Origin: Macrostomum hystrix
Lineage: Eukaryota > Animalia > Platyhelminthes
Direction of reading: 5' to 3'
Assembly: GCA_950097015.1 (NCBI GenBank)
Contig: CATNEN010000012.1
Coordinates: forward strand, 1,984,001-2,048,000
DNA length: 64,000 nt
Shown: positions 22,192-35,100 of the stretch, one piece after another
Layout of the letters: the number at the start of each line of letters is the position of its first letter
How positions within the stretch are numbered: the first letter of the stretch is position 1
Translations under genes and position numbers: made by a program
The notes under the pieces: model-generated
The model's input: the letters and a program-made list of their open reading frames with translations, nothing else
Databases searched by the model: none
What the model was told of the DNA's origin: nothing

Positions 22192-22284
22192 GATGTAGTT
22201 TATCTGAAGCTGATTCAAGATGACAAAAATGTTTACTTATAAGAAATCACTCTGCAAGATGGAGGATTCCTAAAAGCACGATTT

Positions 22285-22590
22285 AGAGAAAATGAGGTGG
22301 TGGGTTTTTCAGTGAGTGAGAAAATGAGGTGGTGGGCTCATCAGTGAGTGAGAAAATGAGGTGGTGGGCTCATCAGTGAGTGAGAAAATGAGGTGGTGGG
22401 CTCATCAGTGAGTAAGAAAATAAGGTGGTGGGCTTATCAGTGAGTGAGAAAATGAGGTGGTGGGCTCATCAGTGAGTGAGAAAATGAGGTGGTGGGCTCA
22501 TCAGTGAGTAAGAAAATGAGGTGGTGGGCTTATCAGTGAGTGAGAAAATGAGGTGGTGGGCTTATCAGGGAGTGAGAAAATGAGGTGGTG
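22285..22590. repeat. 32-bp minisatellite (GAGAAAATGAGGTGGTGGGCTCATCAGTGAGT)n
   Basis: Direct inspection. Confidence 0.95.
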
Positions 22591-23129
22591 GATTTCGCAG
22601 ATGGTGATAAGCTGAACGGGGTTAGACAGCGGCACAGATAAGGAGAACATCGCCCAATTCTAGCGTTTTCCCTTGGATTAAAATCAGAAAAACTTCATTT
22701 CCTAGACCGTTACAAAACATTTAGGCGTCCAAAATTTATAAATAAGTAAACAAGTCTAAATCAGCGCACCATTTAAGTGAAGCACGTAGCCTTGAAAACC
22801 TGGAAAAAGCAGAATCCGCAAAGTGAGCATGATATGTATTTATGGTTAACAAGAAGCATCAAGTCTCCACGAGCGCAGCAGCAAAATTTATCCGTGTCCA
22901 GATCGAAGTGTTTAAACTTGCACTAAAAGTAGCACAGAAACAGGTAAGCGCGGTATCTATTAACAAAATATATCGGCTTCAGAATGTGCGAAAAGTGAGA
23001 AAGTTCTAACAAAAATAACAAAGACGAAAAAGGCAGGAGACTTAAACGCAGGTGGTCCGAGAAGCGAAAGGAACGTAAAATAGAGGAAATGAGAGGAACC
23101 TGCTTCAAAAATGACACCAGTGTTGATTC

Positions 23130-23345
23130 CCAGTAAGATACCTGTGCTGATCGCAGCTCCAAGTAAGATACCTGTGCTGATCCCTGTTCCCAGTAAGATA
23201 CCTGTGCTGATCGCAGCTCCCAGTAAGATACCTGTGCTGATCGCAGCTCCGAGTAAGATACCTGTGCTGATCCCTGTTCCCAGTAAGATACCTGTGCTGA
23301 TCCCTGTTCCCAGTAAGATACCTGTACTGATCCCTGTTGTCAGTA
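23130..23345. repeat. 30-bp minisatellite (CAGTAAGATACCTGTGCTGATCCCTGTTCC)n
   Basis: Direct inspection. Confidence 0.9.
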
Positions 23346-23944
23346 AAGATGAAATATAACACATTCTGCAAGCTCCAGGTGATTAAAATCGCTAAAAAGC
23401 AACACTTTGATATATCAACCAGTATCTTTAACAAAATTATAATATCGAGCTTATTTTTAATGGCTTACTGCCGGTAAAAACCTTAAGTTAAACAGACAGG
23501 ACCGGAAGAATTGTGCTTAAAAAATTAAGGCAGCTTTCGAGCTTCAGAATCACAGAACATGGACCTGTGTGCTTGTGTACGCGCACTTGGAATGTGGAGC
23601 CACATAAAATAATTGGAAATAGAGTTACTTTTGCTTGAAAAGCAAGCGCGCACTGAAGGCATCCAATGAGCAGCATGACACCTGTATTGTAGCAATGCTT
23701 TGCAAGGAAAGTAAAAAAACGATAAAACGGTCGGCTAAATTGCAAGCGTGAACAAGTGAATAGACCAGCAACATCTATATTATAGATGCCTATCTGTTAG
23801 TTAGCCCTAAGTAAATATAAACAAATGAACAAAGTGAAATCTTTAAAATAGCGAATTTGCATACAAAACTGTATATTCTATATTTTTGAGATTCTAAGAC
23901 TCAATTTAAAAGTAAAAAATTGATAAGGATAAGAATTATAATGT

Positions 23945-24925
23945 CAGCTTGGTAGATAAGTGGGTAGCTTTGTAGATAGGTTGTTTGCTTGGTAGATAGT
24001 TGGGTAGCTTGGTAGATAGTTGGGTAGCTTGGTAGATAGGTTGTTTGCTTGGTAGATAGGTGGGTAGCTTGGTAGATAGGTTGTTAGCTTGGTAGATAGG
24101 TGGGTAGCTTGGTAGATAGGTTGTTAGCTTGGTAGATAGGTTGTTAGCTTGGTAGACAGTATGTTAGCTTGGTAGATAGGTGGGTAGCTTGGTAGATAAG
24201 TGGGTAGCTTGGTAGATAGGTTGTTAGCTTGGTAGACAGGTTGTTAGCTTGGTAGATAGGTGGGTAGCTTGGTAGACAGGTTGTTAGCTTGGTAGACAGG
24301 TTGTTAGCTTGGTAGATAGCTTGTTAACATGGTAGATAGGTTGTTAGCTTGGTAGACAGTATGTTAGCTTGGTAGATAGGTGGGTAGCTTGGTAGATAAG
24401 TGGGTAGCTTGGTAGATAGGTTGTTAGCTTGGTAGACAGGTTGTTAGCTTGGTAGATAGGTGGGTAGCTTGGTAGACAGGTTGTTAGCTTGGTAGACAGG
24501 TTGTTAGCTTGGTAGATAGCTTGTTAGCATGGTAGATAGGTTGTTAGCTTGGTAGACAGTTTGTTAGCTTGGTAGATAGGTGGGTAGCTTGGTAGATAAG
24601 TGGGTAGCTTGGTAGATAGGTTGTTAGCTTGGTAGATAGGTGGGTAGCTTGGTAGATAGGTTGTTAGCTTGGTAGATAGGTGGGTAGCTTGGTAGATAGG
24701 TGGGTAGCTTGGTAGATAGCTTGTTAGCTTGGTAGATTGGTGGGTAGGTTGGTAGATAGGTGGATAGCTTGGTAAATAGCTTGTTAGCTGGGTAGATTGG
24801 TGGGTAGGTTGGTAAATAGGTGGTTAAGTAGCTCTATGGATAGGTATTTAGCTAGGTAGGCTGATAGCCGGGTAGATAGATAGGTAGCCAGGCAGGTAGG
24901 TAGCTGGGTGGGTAGGTAGGTGAAC
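23945..24925. repeat. 20-bp minisatellite (GGTAGATAGGTTGTTAGCTT)n
   Basis: Direct inspection. Confidence 0.95.
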
Positions 24926-25037
24926 AGACAAGCTACGAGTATCTCAGTAGAGTTAATTATCGCACATTTAGTTTATCTTGATAAATATAATTTTATAAAT
25001 TAGCTCGTTTTATCAGTCTATAATTTAACATAGACCT

Positions 25038-28000
25038 AAATTACTTCCTGCCTAAAGCTTGTAGTGCTTAGCCTTAATTCCAGTAACTCCAGTAAATTAC
25101 TTCCTGCCTAAAGCTTGTAGTGCTTAGCCTTAATTCCAGTAATTCCAGTAAATTACTTCCTGCCTAAAGCTTGTAGTGCTTAGCCTTAATTCCAGTAACT
25201 CCAGTAAATTACTTCCTGCCTAAAGCTTGTAGTGCTTAGCCTTATTTCCAGTAATTCCAGTAAATTACTTCCTGCCTAAAGCTTGTAGTGCTTAGCCTTA
25301 TTTCCAGTAATTCCAGTAAATTACTTCCTGCCTAAAGCTTGTGGTGCTTAGCCTTAATTCCAGTTACTCCAGTAAATTACTTCCTGCCTAAAGCTTGTGG
25401 TGCTTAGCCTTATTTCCAGTAATTCCAGTAAATTACTTCCTGCCTAAAGCTTGTAGTGCTTAGCCTTATTTCCAGTAATTCCAGTAAATTACTTCCGGCC
25501 TAAAGCTTGTGGTGCTTAGCCTTATTTCCAGTAATTCCAGTAAATTACTTCCTGCCTAAAGCTTGTGGTGCTTAGCCTTAATTCCAGTAACTCCAGTAAA
25601 TTACTTCCGGCCTAAAGCTTGTGGTGCTTAGCCTTAATTCCAGTTATTCCAGTAAATTACTTCCTGCCTAAAGCTTGTAGTGCTTAGCCTTATTTCCAGT
25701 AATTCCAGTAAATTACTTCCTGCCTAAAGCTTGTAGTGCTTAGCCTTATTTCCAGTAATTCCAGTAAATTACTTCCTGCCTAAAGCTTGTAGTGCTTAGC
25801 CTTATTTCCAGTAATTCCAGTAAATTACTTCCTGCCTAAAGCTTGTAGTGCTTAGCCTTATTTCCAGTAATTCCAGTAAATTACTTCCTGCTTAAAGCTT
25901 GTGGTGCTTAGCCTTATTTCCAGTAATTCCAGTAAATTACTTCCTGCCTAAAGCTTGTAGTGCTTAGCCTTATTTCCAGTAATTCCAGTAAATTACTTCC
26001 TGCCTAAAGCTTGTAGTGCTTAGCCTTATTTCCAGTAATTCCAGTAAATTACTTCCTGCCTAAAGCTTGTAGTGCTTAGCCTTAATTCCAGTAACTCCAG
26101 TAAATTACTTCCTGCCTAAAGCTTGTAGTGCTTAGCCTTAATTCCAGTAACTCCAGTAAATTACTTCCTGCCTAAAGCTTGTAGTGCTTAGCCTTATTTC
26201 CAGTAATTCCAGTAAATTACTTCCTGCCTAAAGCTTGTGGTGCTTAGCCTTATTTCCAGTAATTCCAGTAAATTACTTCCTGCCTAAAGCTTGTAGTGCT
26301 TAGCCTTATTTCCAGTAATTCCAGTAAATTACTTCCTGCCTAAAGCTTGGAGTGCTTAGCCTTATTTCCAGTAATTCCAGTAAATTACTTCCTGCCTAAA
26401 GCTTGTAGTGCTTAGCCTTATTTCCAGTAATTCCAGTAAATTACTTCCTGCCTAAAGCTTGTAGTGCTTAGCCTTATTTCCAGTAATTCCAGTAAATTAC
26501 TTCCTGCCTAAAGCTTGTAGTGCTTAGCCTTAATTCCAGTAACTCCAGTAAATTACTTCCTGCCTAAAGCTTGTAGTGCTTAGCCTTAATTCCAGTAACT
26601 CCAGTAAATTACTTCCTGCCTAAAGCTTGTAGTGCTTAGCCTTATTTCCAGTAATTCCAGTAAATTACTTCCTGCCTAAAGCTTGTGGTGCTTAGCCTTA
26701 TTTCCAGTAATTCCAGTAAATTACTTCCTGCCTAAAGCTTGTAGTGCTTAGCCTTATTTCCAGTAACTCCAGTAAATTACTTCCGGCCTAAAGCTTGTGG
26801 TGCTTAGCCTTATTTCCAGTAATTCCAGTAAATTACTTCCGGCCTAAAGCTTGTGGTGCTTAGCCTTATTTCCAGTAATTCCAGTAAATTACTTCCGGCC
26901 TAAAGCTTGTAGTGCTTAGCCTTATTTCCAGTAATTCCAGTAAATTACTTCCTGCCTAAAGCTTGTAGTGCTTAGCCTTATTTCCAGTAATTCCAGTAAA
27001 TTACTTCCTGCCTAAAGCTTGTGGTGCTTAGCCTTAATTCCAGTAACTCCAGTAAATTACTTCCTGCCTAAAGCTTGTAGTGCTTAGCCTTAATTCCAGT
27101 AACTCCAGTAAATTACTTCCTGCCTAAAGCTTGTAGTGCTTAGCCTTATTTCCAGTAATTCCAGTAAATTACTTCCTGCCTAAAGCTTGTGGTGCTTAGC
27201 CTTATTTCCAGTAATTCCAGTAAATTACTTCCTGCCTAAAGCTTGTAGTGCTTAGCCTTATTTCCAGTAACTCCAGTAAATTACTTCCGGCCTAAAGCTT
27301 GTGGTGCTTAGCCTTATTTCCAGTAATTCCAGTAAATTACTTCCGGCCTAAAGCTTGTGGTGCTTAGCCTTATTTCCAGTAATTCCAGTAAATTACTTCC
27401 GGCCTAAAGCTTGTAGTGCTTAGCCTTATTTCCAGTAATTCCAGTAAATTACTTCCTGCCTAAAGCTTGTAGTGCTTAGCCTTATTTCCAGTAATTCCAG
27501 TAAATTACTTCCTGCCTAAAGCTTGTGGTGCTTAGCCTTATTTCCAGTAATTCCAGTAAATTACTTCCTGCCTAAAGCTTGTGGTGCTTAGCCTTAATTC
27601 CAGTAACTCCAGTAAATTACTTCCGGCCTAAAGCTTGTAGTGCTTAGCCTTATTTCCAGTAATTCCAGTAAATTACTTCCGGCCTAAAGCTTGTAGTGCT
27701 TAGCCTTATTTCCAGTAACTCCAGTAAATTACTTCCGGCCTAAAGCTTGTACTGCTTAGCCTTATTTCCAGTAATTCCAGTAAATTACTTCCTGCCTAAA
27801 GCTTGTGGTGCTTAGCCTTAATTCCAGTAACTCCAGTAAATTACTTCCGGCCTAAAGCTTGTAGTGCTTAGCCTTATTTCCAGTAATTCCAGTAAATTAC
27901 TTCCGGCCTAAAGCTTGTGGTGCTTAGCCTTAATTCCAGTAACTCCAGTAAATTACTTCCGGCCTAAAGCTTGTAGTGCTTAGCCTTATTTCCAGTAATT

Positions 28001-28503
28001 CCAGTAAATTACTTCCTGCCTAAAGCTTGTAGTGCTTAGCCTTATTTCCAGTAACTCCAGTAAATTACTTCCGGCCTAAAGCTTGTACTGCTTAGCCTTA
28101 ATTCCAGTAACTCCAGTAAATTACTTCCTGCCTAAAGCTTGTAGTGCTTAGCCTTATTTCCAGTAATTCCAGTAAATTACTTCCTGCCTAAAGCTTGTGG
28201 TGCTTAGCCTTAATTCCAGTAACTCCAGTAAATTACTTCCGGCCTAAAGCTTGTAGTGCTTAGCCTTATTTCCAGTAATTCCAGTAAATTACTTCCGGCC
28301 TAAAGCTTGTAGTGCTTAGCCTTATTTCCAGTAACTCCAGTAAATTACTTCCGGCCTAAAGCTTGTACTGCTTAGCCTTAATTCCAGTAACTCCAGTAAA
28401 TTACTTCCGGCCTAAAGCTTGTAGTGCTTAGCCTTATTTCCAGTAATTCCAGTAAATTACTTCCGGCCTAAAGCTTGTGGTGCTTAGCCTTATTTCCAGT
28501 AAC
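25038..28503. repeat. 56-bp satellite, ~62 units, with higher-order blocks
   Basis: AGTAAATTACTTCCTGCCTAAAGCTTGTAGTGCTTAGCCTTATTTCCAGTAATTCC. Confidence 0.97.
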
Positions 28504-29152
28504 TGTTTAGAAATTTTCAACCGCTGCTGGTTTCACTTGCTTAGTTTTTACGCGGAGGGCCGTTTGAGTAAGAAATTTAAGTGAAAATTTACATATTTCA
28601 ATATATATTCTGCTAGAGACAAAATAGACAGTACACTAAAGAAGTGACACAACCCAAGAAAAATAAAACGACAAAGAGTACACACGCAGAGGCGCATGAG
28701 AGCACAATGTATTTAACTCGCATTGTTAAAAGCAACAAAATGATATGCTAATCACTGATTTAAATTCTTTTTACATCGAGTCAATCTAATCTTATGTCTC
28801 GCATCATACTACTCATACTCGGTCCCGTTAGCAGTAGTGCAGGCAAAATGTGAAAAATCTGAACTGCTTTTTTTATTTAAGGATGTGCGCTTTCTATCAC
28901 AAAATCTTTGCAAAGCACTATTCAACTGCATCACTGGCTACTACCGACCAGTGAGTCGTAGTAGTATACTAAGTATCAAATCGAGTTTTTTATCTAGCAC
29001 ACAAATTGTGAATAAACAATTCGGAGCTTTAGAAGCCCCAAAAACTAGACAAAACGATAGTACACAATTCCATTATTTCAATTCAACTCCATTTGTTTCT
29101 CTTTAATACAGTGTGTCGATAAAAGACCAAAAAAGCAATTAAAAAAATACTA

Positions 29153-32100
29153 TCACGGAACAATTGGATCGCCAGTGATCCAAATCGGGCTGTTCTGATC
29201 GCGAGCCACAACGCTCACAATTTGCGAGGCCATGAAAGAGAAGACGCCGCCCTGGATGCACGCTGCGGGATAATGGGGCAGGTGGATGTAATGCATTACG
29301 TACGCGCTTACGAGCTACTGAAAGTAGATAAATCGAGTTTTTGTAGTAAAAATAGTCTGAGAAACGGTTGCTGTCACTCAGAATGTAGCAAATTAATTTT
29401 CTGCAAACACTTGTGAAAATTTGAACAGATTCCCAGGTAGAATGCGTTTTTAAGGAGATTCCTTGGACGATTCTTGAGCAGATTCCAAAAAACAGAAAGC
29501 GACTTTAATGAATATTTTTTGGACGATTCTTGGGTAGATTCCTACACACAGACTGTGACCTAAGTGGATATTCCTTCAACGATTCTTGGGTAGATTCCTG
29601 CACAAAGACTTTGACCTAAATGGAGATTCCTTCAACGATTCTTGGGCAGATTCCTGCACAAAGACTTTGACCTAAATGGATATTCCTTCAACGATTCTTG
29701 GGCAGATTCCTGCACACAGACTGTGACCTAAATGGAGATTCCTTCAACGATTCTTGGGCAGATTCCTGCACACAGACTGTGACCTAAATGGATATTCCTT
29801 CAACGATTCTTGGGTAGATTCCTGCACAAAGACTTTGACCTAAATGGATATTCCTTCAACGATTCTTGGGCAGATTCCTGCACAAAGACTTTGACCTAAA
29901 TGGATATTCCTTCAACGATTCTTGGGTAGATTCCTACACATAGAATGCGAATTTACTTAATATTCCTTGGACGATTCTTGGGTAGATTCCTACACATAGA
30001 ATGCGAATTTACTTAATATTCCTTGGACGATTCTTGGGTAGATTCCTACACATAGAATGCGAATTTACTTAATATTCCTTGGACGATTCTTGGGTAGATT
30101 CCTACACATAGAATGCGAATTTACTTAATATTCCTTGGACGATTCTTGGGTAGATTACTACACATAGAATGCGAATTTACTTAATATTCCTTGGACGATT
30201 CTTGGGTAGATTCCTACACATAGAATGCGAATTTACTTAATATTCCTTGGACGATTCTTGAGCAGATTCCTACACACAGACTGCGACCTAAATGGAGATT
30301 CCTTGGACGATTCTTGGGCAGATTCCTACACATGGAATGCGGTTTGAAGGATTTCCTTGGACGATTCTTGAGCAGATTTCTACAGACAGGGTCCGATTTA
30401 ATAAGAAGATTTGACAGAATTCTAGGATTCATAAGGCTTTGGGGACAACAATTAAATATGAAACTTTAGCCTAAAGTAAAGCCTAGGTTTATTCTCTGAA
30501 GTTGCCAATTTCTTTCTGCACTGATTCCTTTCTTTAGTCTCCCCTCCTGGCCTGAAAGGACCTCTTTGCCGATTTGCAAAAATACAGTTATTATGAACTT
30601 CTAATCCCAGCGGGGACTCCCACTCTCTGTCCTACCAGCTCCAGACACTCCGATCTGGTAAAAACATCGAAGAGAGTAGAGAAGAAGAAGAGAGGGGGAA
30701 CTAAGCATTCCAATAATAATGAGGCACTTCAAAATTGGCCAAGCAGTGGAGAGGCAGCTGGAGAGAGACAGAGGGAAGAGAGACTTAGAGAGGCTGCAGT
30801 AGGGCAGCTGGAGTGTGTCACAAAGGACTCAAACTCCGCACTGTTCCCCATCTCTAGGGAAGAGGCAAGGTGACAGTGGAGCATTAATTCTGGCTGCTAG
30901 GGGAAGGAAAAAAAATTAATCTGTTCTCTGGTTCCATTACAATACTTTTGTGATACTAAATACACATAAGTGATGGCTTAGAACACAACACAAGTAAATA
31001 GTCTCTATTTAAATTTCCATCACTGCTACCAAAGATCCCAGAATGGTACTTTTAAGATCCCAAAACACCCACGAAAAGCAAAGATCCCAAATTGGGATTC
31101 TTAAGATCATAAGCACACTCCAATAGTAAAGATCCCAGAATGGGATTCTTAAGATCCCAAATACACTCGAATAGAAATGATCCCAAATTGGGATTCTTAA
31201 GATCATAAGCACACTCCAATAGTAAAGATCCCAGAATGGGATTCTTAAGATCCCAAATACACTCGAATAGAAATTATCCCAAATTGGGAGTCTTAAGATC
31301 CCAAACACACTCGAATAGCAAAGATCCCAAATTGGGATTCTTAAGATCCCAAACACACTCCAATAGTAAAGATCCCAGAATGGGATTCTTAAGATCCCAC
31401 ACACTCGAATAGAAATGATCCCGAATTGGGATTCTTAAGATCCCAAACACACACGAATAGCAAAGATCCTAAATTGGGATTCTTAAGATCCCAAACACAC
31501 TCCAATAGTAAAGATCCCGAATTGGGATTCTTAAGATCCCAAACACACACGAATAGCAAAGATCCTAAATTGGGATTCTTAAGATCCCAAACACCCACGA
31601 ATAGCAGAGATCCCAAATTGGGATTCTTAGCATTCCGAAAGCGCTCACCAGTCAGCACCGGCTGCAACTCCTCCTCCAGAGCAGCCGCCCGTTTCAGCAA
31701 CTCCTTGGCAGCATGGCCGTTGATTTTCTCCGGACAGTAGCGCGGATCCCTGGCCTCCTTAACCAGCTTGTGATTACGGTAGCGCAGCAGAAGCACAATG
31801 GGATAGACTCTGTGCAGCCGCTGCAGCTGGTCCACCTGGGCGGGTCCGGAGGCCAGCTGCAGCAGGCCGTGCCTGGCTGAGTCAGCGGCGCAGGCGCCGG
31901 CCACCCGGTCAAGGGGCAGCGGGCCCAGCTGGTAGAACAGATCGGCCCGCTCGGCGCACAGAGCCCGGCTAAGAGCTTCGGCTAGGGGACCAAGGATGGC
32001 CACTGGCCTGGGCCCTGCGGCGCCCGGATCCGAAACAAGGTCAGTCCGACTGTAGGCGGGCAGCGGCAGGCGCAGATGTGGATGCAAATAGTCGGCAGAG

Positions 32101-35100
32101 GATGAATTAGAGGCCGACGAAGCTGCTGAGGAGCTGCGCTTGCCAGAGGAGCGACGAAGGCTGACAGAGCGGCTGCCCAAATTGGTCTGCATGAGGGCCA
32201 GCTGCTGCTGCTGCTGAGTGGCCAGCAGCCGCCTAGGCGACGGAACTAAGCCGCTGCGAATTCGCTGTCCGGCTCCGTCAAGCAGCCAGGCGAACCACCA
32301 GCCGGACGGTCGGCCAGCCGGTCGAGTGTCGGTCACCAGTAGGACGTCGTGCTGTCGAAACGTCAGCAACGGCTCCGGCATCGTCGAGTCGTCGGACGTC
32401 GACACTGCGGCGACAGCATCGGAGCCGGACATCTGGGCGAAGTTGGGTCGAACAAACAACGCGTCGTGCTCCCCGATGCCGGCAGCGGAGGCGGCAATGG
32501 CGGCGACCACTGCGTCCAGCCGAGACGGCCGATGCTGCACCAACAGGCGAGCCTCGTCCGTGGCCGCGGCAGCCGCCCTCGCTAGCTCCTGATTGGCCGA
32601 TTCAGCGGTTAGGCCGCGAAAGTCGATTCCGTTGCACTGCAGTATGAGGTCGCCTGGCATCAGGCCGGCGATTCCCGGCTCAACCTCCGACACCAGGATG
32701 CCGGTCTCGGAGCCGCCGACAAAGGAGAAGCCCAGAGACAATGGGCGCCCACCGCCGCTAACTGACGGTTGAAGGAAAACCCAGCGAGGTTCCTCCGGGT
32801 CAGATGGCTGGTGTTGGTGTTGCTGCTGATTTTGATGAATCTGCTGCTGCTGCGGTTGCTGCTGCTGCTGCTGCGGTTGCTGGTGCTGCCGCAGTTGATG
32901 CCTAGCTGATGGAGAGTTTGTCGGCGTGGTGTCATTGTCTGGAGCGCTGCAGCAGTACTGCACTAACAGGGTGGCCACCTCCTCTCTGCAGTCGTTCAGC
33001 ACCTGCCTCGCATTGTGATAGAATGCTGTGCGCAGATTGACGCCGCAGAATTCCAGGATGCGATCGCCGGCTAGGAGGCCGGCCCTGTCCGCCAGGCTGC
33101 CCGGCTGCACGGAACTGATGTAGATGCCGCCCTGCTGGCCGGCGTGAATGCGAATCCCGAGCGGCTCCGAGCCCTGTGGTTGCGGGTTGGGAGACAGAAT
33201 GGCTGGAATCAGCTGCGGCTAGTCGGATGGACGCGGCTGTTTTAGGCCATTTATATTGGCAACCTCCAGGCTTTGCGGAGTTCTAAGTAAAACGGAATGG
33301 TCTAAGTCTGATAAAGTACCGAACTTCAACAGGAATCGACGAGCTAGACTAAATAGATGAACTTTAACCAGAGAATCGACGAATTTCAGCAAGAATCGAC
33401 GAACTTCTACACGAGAACCGACGAACTTCTACACGAGAACCGACGAACTTCTACACGAGAACCGACGAACTTTAGAGACCCGACGAACTTTAAGAAGAAG
33501 CGACGAATTTCTACTAGCATGGACGAACTTCTACACTAGAACTGAAGCATTGAGAATTCGTAAAGTAGTGACTTGGTCTTGTTTTCTCAGGCCCATGAGT
33601 CCTGCGAAATCGACAAACAAATCGACAATCGACAAAAAAAATGCATCAAATACCGAATTGTCGATGCATGGATCGTCAGCTAACCTTGTCCATCCGAACT
33701 TGCCGCACAGAACCTGGCCGGGGCCGTCGACCACTAGACACGCCAGCGAGCGTCACGGTCGTTGTGGCCGTAGTCGTCATCGCCGAATTATTTGCCGAAC
33801 TCGTCAAGTAGGTTGCCACGCCGCTTTTGCCGCTGTCCGCCGAGGAGCTGCTAACTGAAGACAGTCGCGAGCCGGAGCCGTTCTTGGAGACGCTGGCTGA
33901 GCTCGGGATTCGAATCCGCTCGTTCGAGCCGCCGCCACCGAGCCACGGCAGCACGTCCGGCCTAGCAACACTGCCTGCATAGCAACCGCCACCGCTTCCA
34001 ACACTGCCGCCGCTGCTGCCGCCGCCGCTTCCGCTGCGCTCGGCCATCAGAACGGGAGCAGCCGATAGACGCTTGTCTGCCTTGGCTAAACGGCTCGCCG
34101 TGCCAGACGATTTCGGTCGGCGCTGAAATTTGAGGGGTAAAAATTTACTCGTAGAAAAATAATGCAGGAGTTTAACTACACGCAGAAGAGTGACAAACCT
34201 CATAGTGAGAACGAACGGTGGCTTCGTCGCTCCTAGCAACAGGTTCTGCCGATTCTGGTGACAGGTTTCCAGCACCAGTTGACACAGCCAGGACTCCCAA
34301 TCGAGGCTGCTGTTGCTGCTGATGCTGCTGACTATGATAGTTAGTATTGCTGTATCGATGCTGCTGCTGCTGTTGGTGTCTCAACTGATCGAAGCCGGGC
34401 AATGGCGGCGGCGATACGGGCGATGATAGGCGATGTCCGCCGCTGCCACAACCGCTAGCAGTAGGGAATACTAGCGGGAGCGGAGGTCGCTCTTTACGCT
34501 TGACGCCAATCTCACGGTCGGTGTTGAGGCCGCTAGAGAAGGCTGGGACGCAGCCGCCGCCGCTGCTGTCGACAAAATGGTCGCCATGCACGGTGGCATA
34601 TTTCTTACTATTGCTTCCACCGACGCCTCCAAAACCGCCGCCGCCTGCGCCGCCGCTGCCTCCACCGCCCCGCCGTCGATCGTAGCCGCGCAGCATGGAG
34701 TCCAGTTCGTCTATGGCAGCGACGGCGTCCTCTCGTTCGTTGATGCGATCACCGGGCGCATTCGACTTCTTGTTCGCCTTGCCGCCGCTGCCGCCGCCTC
34801 CTCCACTCCGGAAGCGACCAAGCAAACGTTCAAGCACCGAGTTTTTGCCGTGCCCATTTCCGCTTCCGGTTCCGCTTCCGGCGCCGCCGCTGCCGCATCC
34901 GCTGGGCTCCGATTCGCCAGTCTCGGTGCTCCAATGGCCAGTTGGCGATTTCGTCATTGAGCTGAGCGCAGAGTCTGGCGACTGAGCGCTGCCGCCAGCT
35001 GTTGCTATGCCGGCGTCTGTTCTGCCGTCTTCCGTTGCGTAGGCTCGATACGGACAGACCAGCAGTTGGCACGGCCGGTCGTCAGTACCGCTGCGACAAT

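Noticed and set aside
25038-28503. Regular 56-bp array as a possible CRISPR
   Set aside because: No unique spacers, no cas genes, eukaryotic context; the same applies to all other arrays
31389-31648. Apparent repetitive C-terminus of the 573-aa DLG5 ORF
   Set aside because: Read-through past the G|GTGAGC donor at 31649; the true terminal exon is at 29153-29262
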